In this document: piece by piece, positions 60,729-64,000 of the stretch
Numbering within the stretch: position 1 is the first letter of the stretch
Layout: the number at the start of each line of letters is the position of its first letter
Source: Bdellovibrionales bacterium
GTDB lineage: Bacteria; Bdellovibrionota; Bdellovibrionia; Bdellovibrionales; UBA1609
DNA length: 64,000 nt
NCBI GenBank assembly: GCA_965247685.1
Contig: OZ252021.1
Span: forward strand, 833,271 to 897,270
Direction: 5' to 3'
Notes under the pieces: model-generated
Told to the model about the DNA's origin: nothing
The model's input: the letters and a program-made list of their open reading frames with translations, nothing else
Database searches by the model: none
Position numbers and translations under genes: made by a program

Positions 60729-61649
60729 TTATCGTTTATCTTTAGAAGAAGGATCTAAGGCATCTTGTAAGCCGTCACCTAAAAGATTAAAGGCTAGACA
60801 AGTGAGGAATAAACATACGCCTGGTGCAATCATTAAATGTGGGTAAACTCTGAATAATCTCCAACCTTCGTTAGATAAAATCCCCCAGCTGCTGTACGGA
60901 GGCTGCAATCCTAATCCTAAGAAGCTTAAAAAACTTTCACTCAAAATATTAAGAGGCATTTGCATTGTTAAAAGAACAATAATAGGCCCCATCATATTAG
61001 GTAGAATTTGTTTAAGAATAATTCTAGAATGTTTTGCTCCTAACGCTCGCGCCGCCTCCACATACAAAGAGTTTTTCAACTGTAACACCTGACCTCTGAC
61101 TACTCGTCCCAAAGTCATCCATCCAGAAATGCTTAAAGCGATCAACATACCAATAACAGATCGAAGTTCGGGGTTATCAATATCCATGACAGATTCAAAA
61201 ATAATTTTTATTATAATGATTAATACTAATAAAGGAATGGAGTACATAATGTCTAAGACTCTCATCATGACAGCATCCACTCGCCCTCCAAACCATCCTG
61301 AAATAGACCCGTAAAAAGCTCCAAATATCAATGCGAGTAAAGAAGACAATATACCAATGGCCATTGAAACACGAGAGCCATAGATGAGTCGAGAGAGTAG
61401 GTCTCGGCCGAGGTCATCCGTACCTAACCAGTGCTTCCAAGAAGGGGAGGAAAAAATCATATCTAGATTTTGCTGATCAAAAGGGTAGGGAGATATTTGA
61501 TTTGCAAATAAGGATATCAGGATCATAAATAAGAGAAAAACTCCACAACAAACAGCTAATTTGTTCTTGGATAATGTTTTAAATGATTCGTACCAAATAT
61601 TTTTTTTAAAAGTAAAATAGACTAATTTTTCTTCGAGTTTCTTTTTCAT
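60729..61649 (-). CDS. Peptide ABC transporter permease (OppC/DppC-like)
   Basis: 306 aa with the EAA-loop context YVEAARALGAKHSRIILKQILPN. Confidence 0.85.
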   Translation of the reverse strand: MKKKLEEKLVYFTFKKNIWYESFKTLSKNKLAVCCGVFLLFMILISLFANQISPYPFDQQNLDMIFSSPSWKHWLGTDDLGRDLLSRLIYGSRVSMAIGILSSLLALIFGAFYGSISGWFGGRVDAVMMRVLDIMYSIPLLVLIIIIKIIFESVMDIDNPELRSVIGMLIALSISGWMTLGRVVRGQVLQLKNSLYVEAARALGAKHSRIILKQILPNMMGPIIVLLTMQMPLNILSESFLSFLGLGLQPPYSSWGILSNEGWRLFRVYPHLMIAPGVCLFLTCLAFNLLGDGLQDALDPSSKDKR

Positions 61650-62713
61650 GAAAGTTTGATCCTTGGGTCAAAATAACTATAAAGTAAATCTACAATGAGA
61701 TTAGCTAAAATTAAAATCAAGCAGTAAACTAGTGTTGCTCCAAGCACCAGAGGGTAGTCTCGATTAGTTACCGATAAAATAAGATGTTTACTCATCCCTG
61801 GAATGGCAAAAATTTGCTCAATGATAAATGAACCTGTGAGTAAGCCAGCCACTAACGGACCAGAGAAAGTTAATACAGGAAGAAAAGCATTTTTTAAAAC
61901 ATGCTTATATAGAATCACAAAGGGATGAAGACCTTTAGATTTTGCTGTTCGAATATAATCGGAATAGATAATTTCTAACATACTTGAACGAACCAAACGG
62001 GCGATCACTGAAACAGGCCTGGTTCCTAATACGAGTACAGGTAAAATATAGTAAGAAGGACCCTCCCATAATGCGACTTCAAACCAATCTAGATAGAAGC
62101 AAAAGAATAAAATTCCAAGAGGCGCCACTAAAAAAGAAGGGACAGCTAAACCGCTTATGGCTATCACCATAGCAATTCTATCCCAAAGTGTATTATGCTT
62201 AAATGCGGCGAGTGCTCCTAAAGGAATACCTAAAAGATAAGAGAGAATCAGGGCGTAAAGACCAAGTTGAACAGATACAGGCAAGCTATCCTTAATAATG
62301 TCTGTGACATTTTGTTCTAAGTATTTGAAAGACTCTCCTAGGTCTCCTTTTAATAATTTTTTCATGTAGATAAAATACTGTTCGTACAAAGGAGCATCTA
62401 AATGATACTTAGCTTGAATGTTGGCTTTAATTTCTGGAGGCAGACTTCTTTCTTCGTCAAAAGGTCCTCCCGGAAGAGTTCGCAGAAGTACAAACACTAA
62501 AGAGGCTATAACAAGTAACAAAACAATGACTCCGACAAGCCTTTTAAGTACATAAGTAAGAAGGTTTTTATTTGAAATATAGATGATAATATTCACAAGT
62601 AGTGAACCGATAGCTAGTCCAATTAAGAATGTGGGAAGCTTATAGTAAGCAAAGCTCAAAGAAATCAAAGCTAAGGATGAAAGGGCTAATGTTAAAACAG
62701 CTATAGATTTCAT
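61646..62713 (-). CDS. Peptide ABC transporter permease (OppB/DppB-like)
   Basis: 355 aa. YIRTAKSKGL...HVLKNA motif. 4-nt overlaps on both sides. Confidence 0.85.
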   Translation of the reverse strand: MKSIAVLTLALSSLALISLSFAYYKLPTFLIGLAIGSLLVNIIIYISNKNLLTYVLKRLVGVIVLLLVIASLVFVLLRTLPGGPFDEERSLPPEIKANIQAKYHLDAPLYEQYFIYMKKLLKGDLGESFKYLEQNVTDIIKDSLPVSVQLGLYALILSYLLGIPLGALAAFKHNTLWDRIAMVIAISGLAVPSFLVAPLGILFFCFYLDWFEVALWEGPSYYILPVLVLGTRPVSVIARLVRSSMLEIIYSDYIRTAKSKGLHPFVILYKHVLKNAFLPVLTFSGPLVAGLLTGSFIIEQIFAIPGMSKHLILSVTNRDYPLVLGATLVYCLILILANLIVDLLYSYFDPRIKLS

Positions 62714-64000
62714 TGTAAAATCACTTCTTTAAAAATGTATCTTTCCATTGAGTTGAAGGGGTATTTTTTTATGCGAGGTGAAATTAGAAAATGTCTGGAG
62801 CTTTGCCAGAAGGGAATGATAGGAGCATCCTTCAGAAGAACTCTTTGAGCTTGATTCAATATGGACTGTCTTTCTGGAGTATTTTTTAAAACGGAAGCTT
62901 TTAAAACTAAACGATCGTATTCGGAATTCTTCCAGCCTGTGTAATTGTTATCAGAATAAGATAAAAGAAGATTCATGTAAGTCATCGGATCAGGGTAATC
63001 AGGCACCCATCCCATTCGGTAAATGTAAATTGCATTTTTCGGGTTTTCCTGAGATGCTTTATCTAAATTTTGAAGACGATTTAAGTAAGTTTTCCATTCT
63101 TCGTTTCGAACCTCTACATTTAAAGAAATATTTTTTTTCAACTGTGCTTGAATATTTTCAGCAATTCTTTTGTGATCTTCAAAGGTGTTAAAAAATATAG
63201 ATAATCTGGGTAAAGATTGAATCCCTCCTATTTCTCTAATTAGTTGTTGAGCTTTTTTTGGATTAAAAGGAAGACCTAAAGAAGGATTGTACCCAAAAAT
63301 AGAACTAGGAATCAAAGTGTTCAGAGGTTTTTCACCAGGAAGCAGTTTTGTAAACTCTTTTCGATCAATAGCCATACTTAAAGCATGGCGAAATTTGACA
63401 TTCTTCATGGGAGAAATACGCGTATTTAATCCATAGTAGTATATTATAGGTGTTGAAAAAGTGTGATAGTTGGATCGTTTCTTTAAAACAGGTATCATCT
63501 TCGAAGGCAGTGTATAGAGTATATCTAATCTTCCTGTTTCAAATAGATTAAGATTTGTGGAAAGCTCTGGGATGATGCGAATGCTGACATTTTCTACATT
63601 ACCTGTAAAAGTATCGTGGTAAGAAGGGTTTTTTTTCAGTATAACAAGTTTATCATGTTTCCACATGTCCAGAAGATAAGGTCCAAGTGTTACAATGTTT
63701 TCTGGTTCTGTCCATTTTGGACCGTAGTTTTGAATCACATCTTTTCGGATAGGATAAGTTGTCGAATGCGTGAGGGTAAGAGGGAAAAAATATTTTGAAC
63801 CTGTCAGTTCCACTTTGAGCTTTCCATTGCTAGTGATGCTCACTCCAACTTTGGAGAAATTTTTTATTTCGCCCCCATTATATTCCTTAGCATTTTTAAT
63901 ATGGTATAAAAAATAAGCGTAAGGGGATGCAGTTTTTGGATTGAGAACTCTTTCCCAACTATCTAAAACATGTTGAGCTTGAAAAGGGACTCCATCGCTC
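62710..64000 (-). CDS. Peptide ABC transporter substrate-binding protein (family 5), 5'-truncated by window end
   Basis: The frame stays open from the track start (GTG at 63843) to nt 64000. The upstream residues (..DSWERVLNPKTASPYAYFLYHIKNAKEYNGGE..) are typical of the SBP_bac_5 family. Confidence 0.85.
   Translation of the reverse strand, partial: SDGVPFQAQHVLDSWERVLNPKTASPYAYFLYHIKNAKEYNGGEIKNFSKVGVSITSNGKLKVELTGSKYFFPLTLTHSTTYPIRKDVIQNYGPKWTEPENIVTLGPYLLDMWKHDKLVILKKNPSYHDTFTGNVENVSIRIIPELSTNLNLFETGRLDILYTLPSKMIPVLKKRSNYHTFSTPIIYYYGLNTRISPMKNVKFRHALSMAIDRKEFTKLLPGEKPLNTLIPSSIFGYNPSLGLPFNPKKAQQLIREIGGIQSLPRLSIFFNTFEDHKRIAENIQAQLKKNISLNVEVRNEEWKTYLNRLQNLDKASQENPKNAIYIYRMGWVPDYPDPMTYMNLLLSYSDNNYTGWKNSEYDRLVLKASVLKNTPERQSILNQAQRVLLKDAPIIPFWQSSRHFLISPRIKKYPFNSMERYIFKEVILQ

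Overview
AT-rich Gram-negative bacterial chromosome segment. Housekeeping blocks (purE-purK-grx, ExbB/ExbD/TonB-like, sufBCD, a 16S rRNA, tRNA-Arg, tRNA-Ile, ogt-tpiA, a peptide ABC transporter) alternate with accessory blocks full of signal-peptide proteins and repeat proteins. No integrase, transposase or reverse transcriptase is recognisable. Main points: (1) A complete type II-C CRISPR-Cas9 locus. cas9-cas1-cas2 lie on the minus strand. The array is 25 x 36-bp repeats with 24 spacers at 12652-14270. A tracrRNA is readable at about 19045-19130, and each repeat contains a full promoter-like element. (2) CRISPR debris is spread over about 16 kb. A second copy of the 103-nt leader plus one perfect repeat sits at 9433-9573; together with the main leader it brackets a 3-kb cassette holding an AbiEi/AbiEii module whose toxin gene carries two in-frame stops. 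A solo repeat at 6136 is followed by a terminator-bounded candidate sRNA. A degenerate repeat with its own promoter-like element lies beside the tracrRNA (scaRNA-like). Another degenerate repeat at 22543 abuts a protease-gene relic. (3) Three tandem paralogs (44974-49222) encode signal-peptide proteins built from about 1, 2 and 18 canonical copies of a 35-aa repeat with one hypervariable position. I could not assign this family. (4) The 16S rRNA is unlinked: it has its own promoter and processing stem, two CDSs separate it from tRNA-Ile, and no 23S follows. (5) There are ankyrin-repeat gene expansions, a duplicated mosaic two-gene secreted cassette, a cluster of secreted hydrolases, tRNA-associated duplication scars, and a KamA-like radical-SAM gene translationally coupled to two orphan secreted proteins. 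All functional calls come from motif reading of the supplied translations and DNA; no database search was possible.
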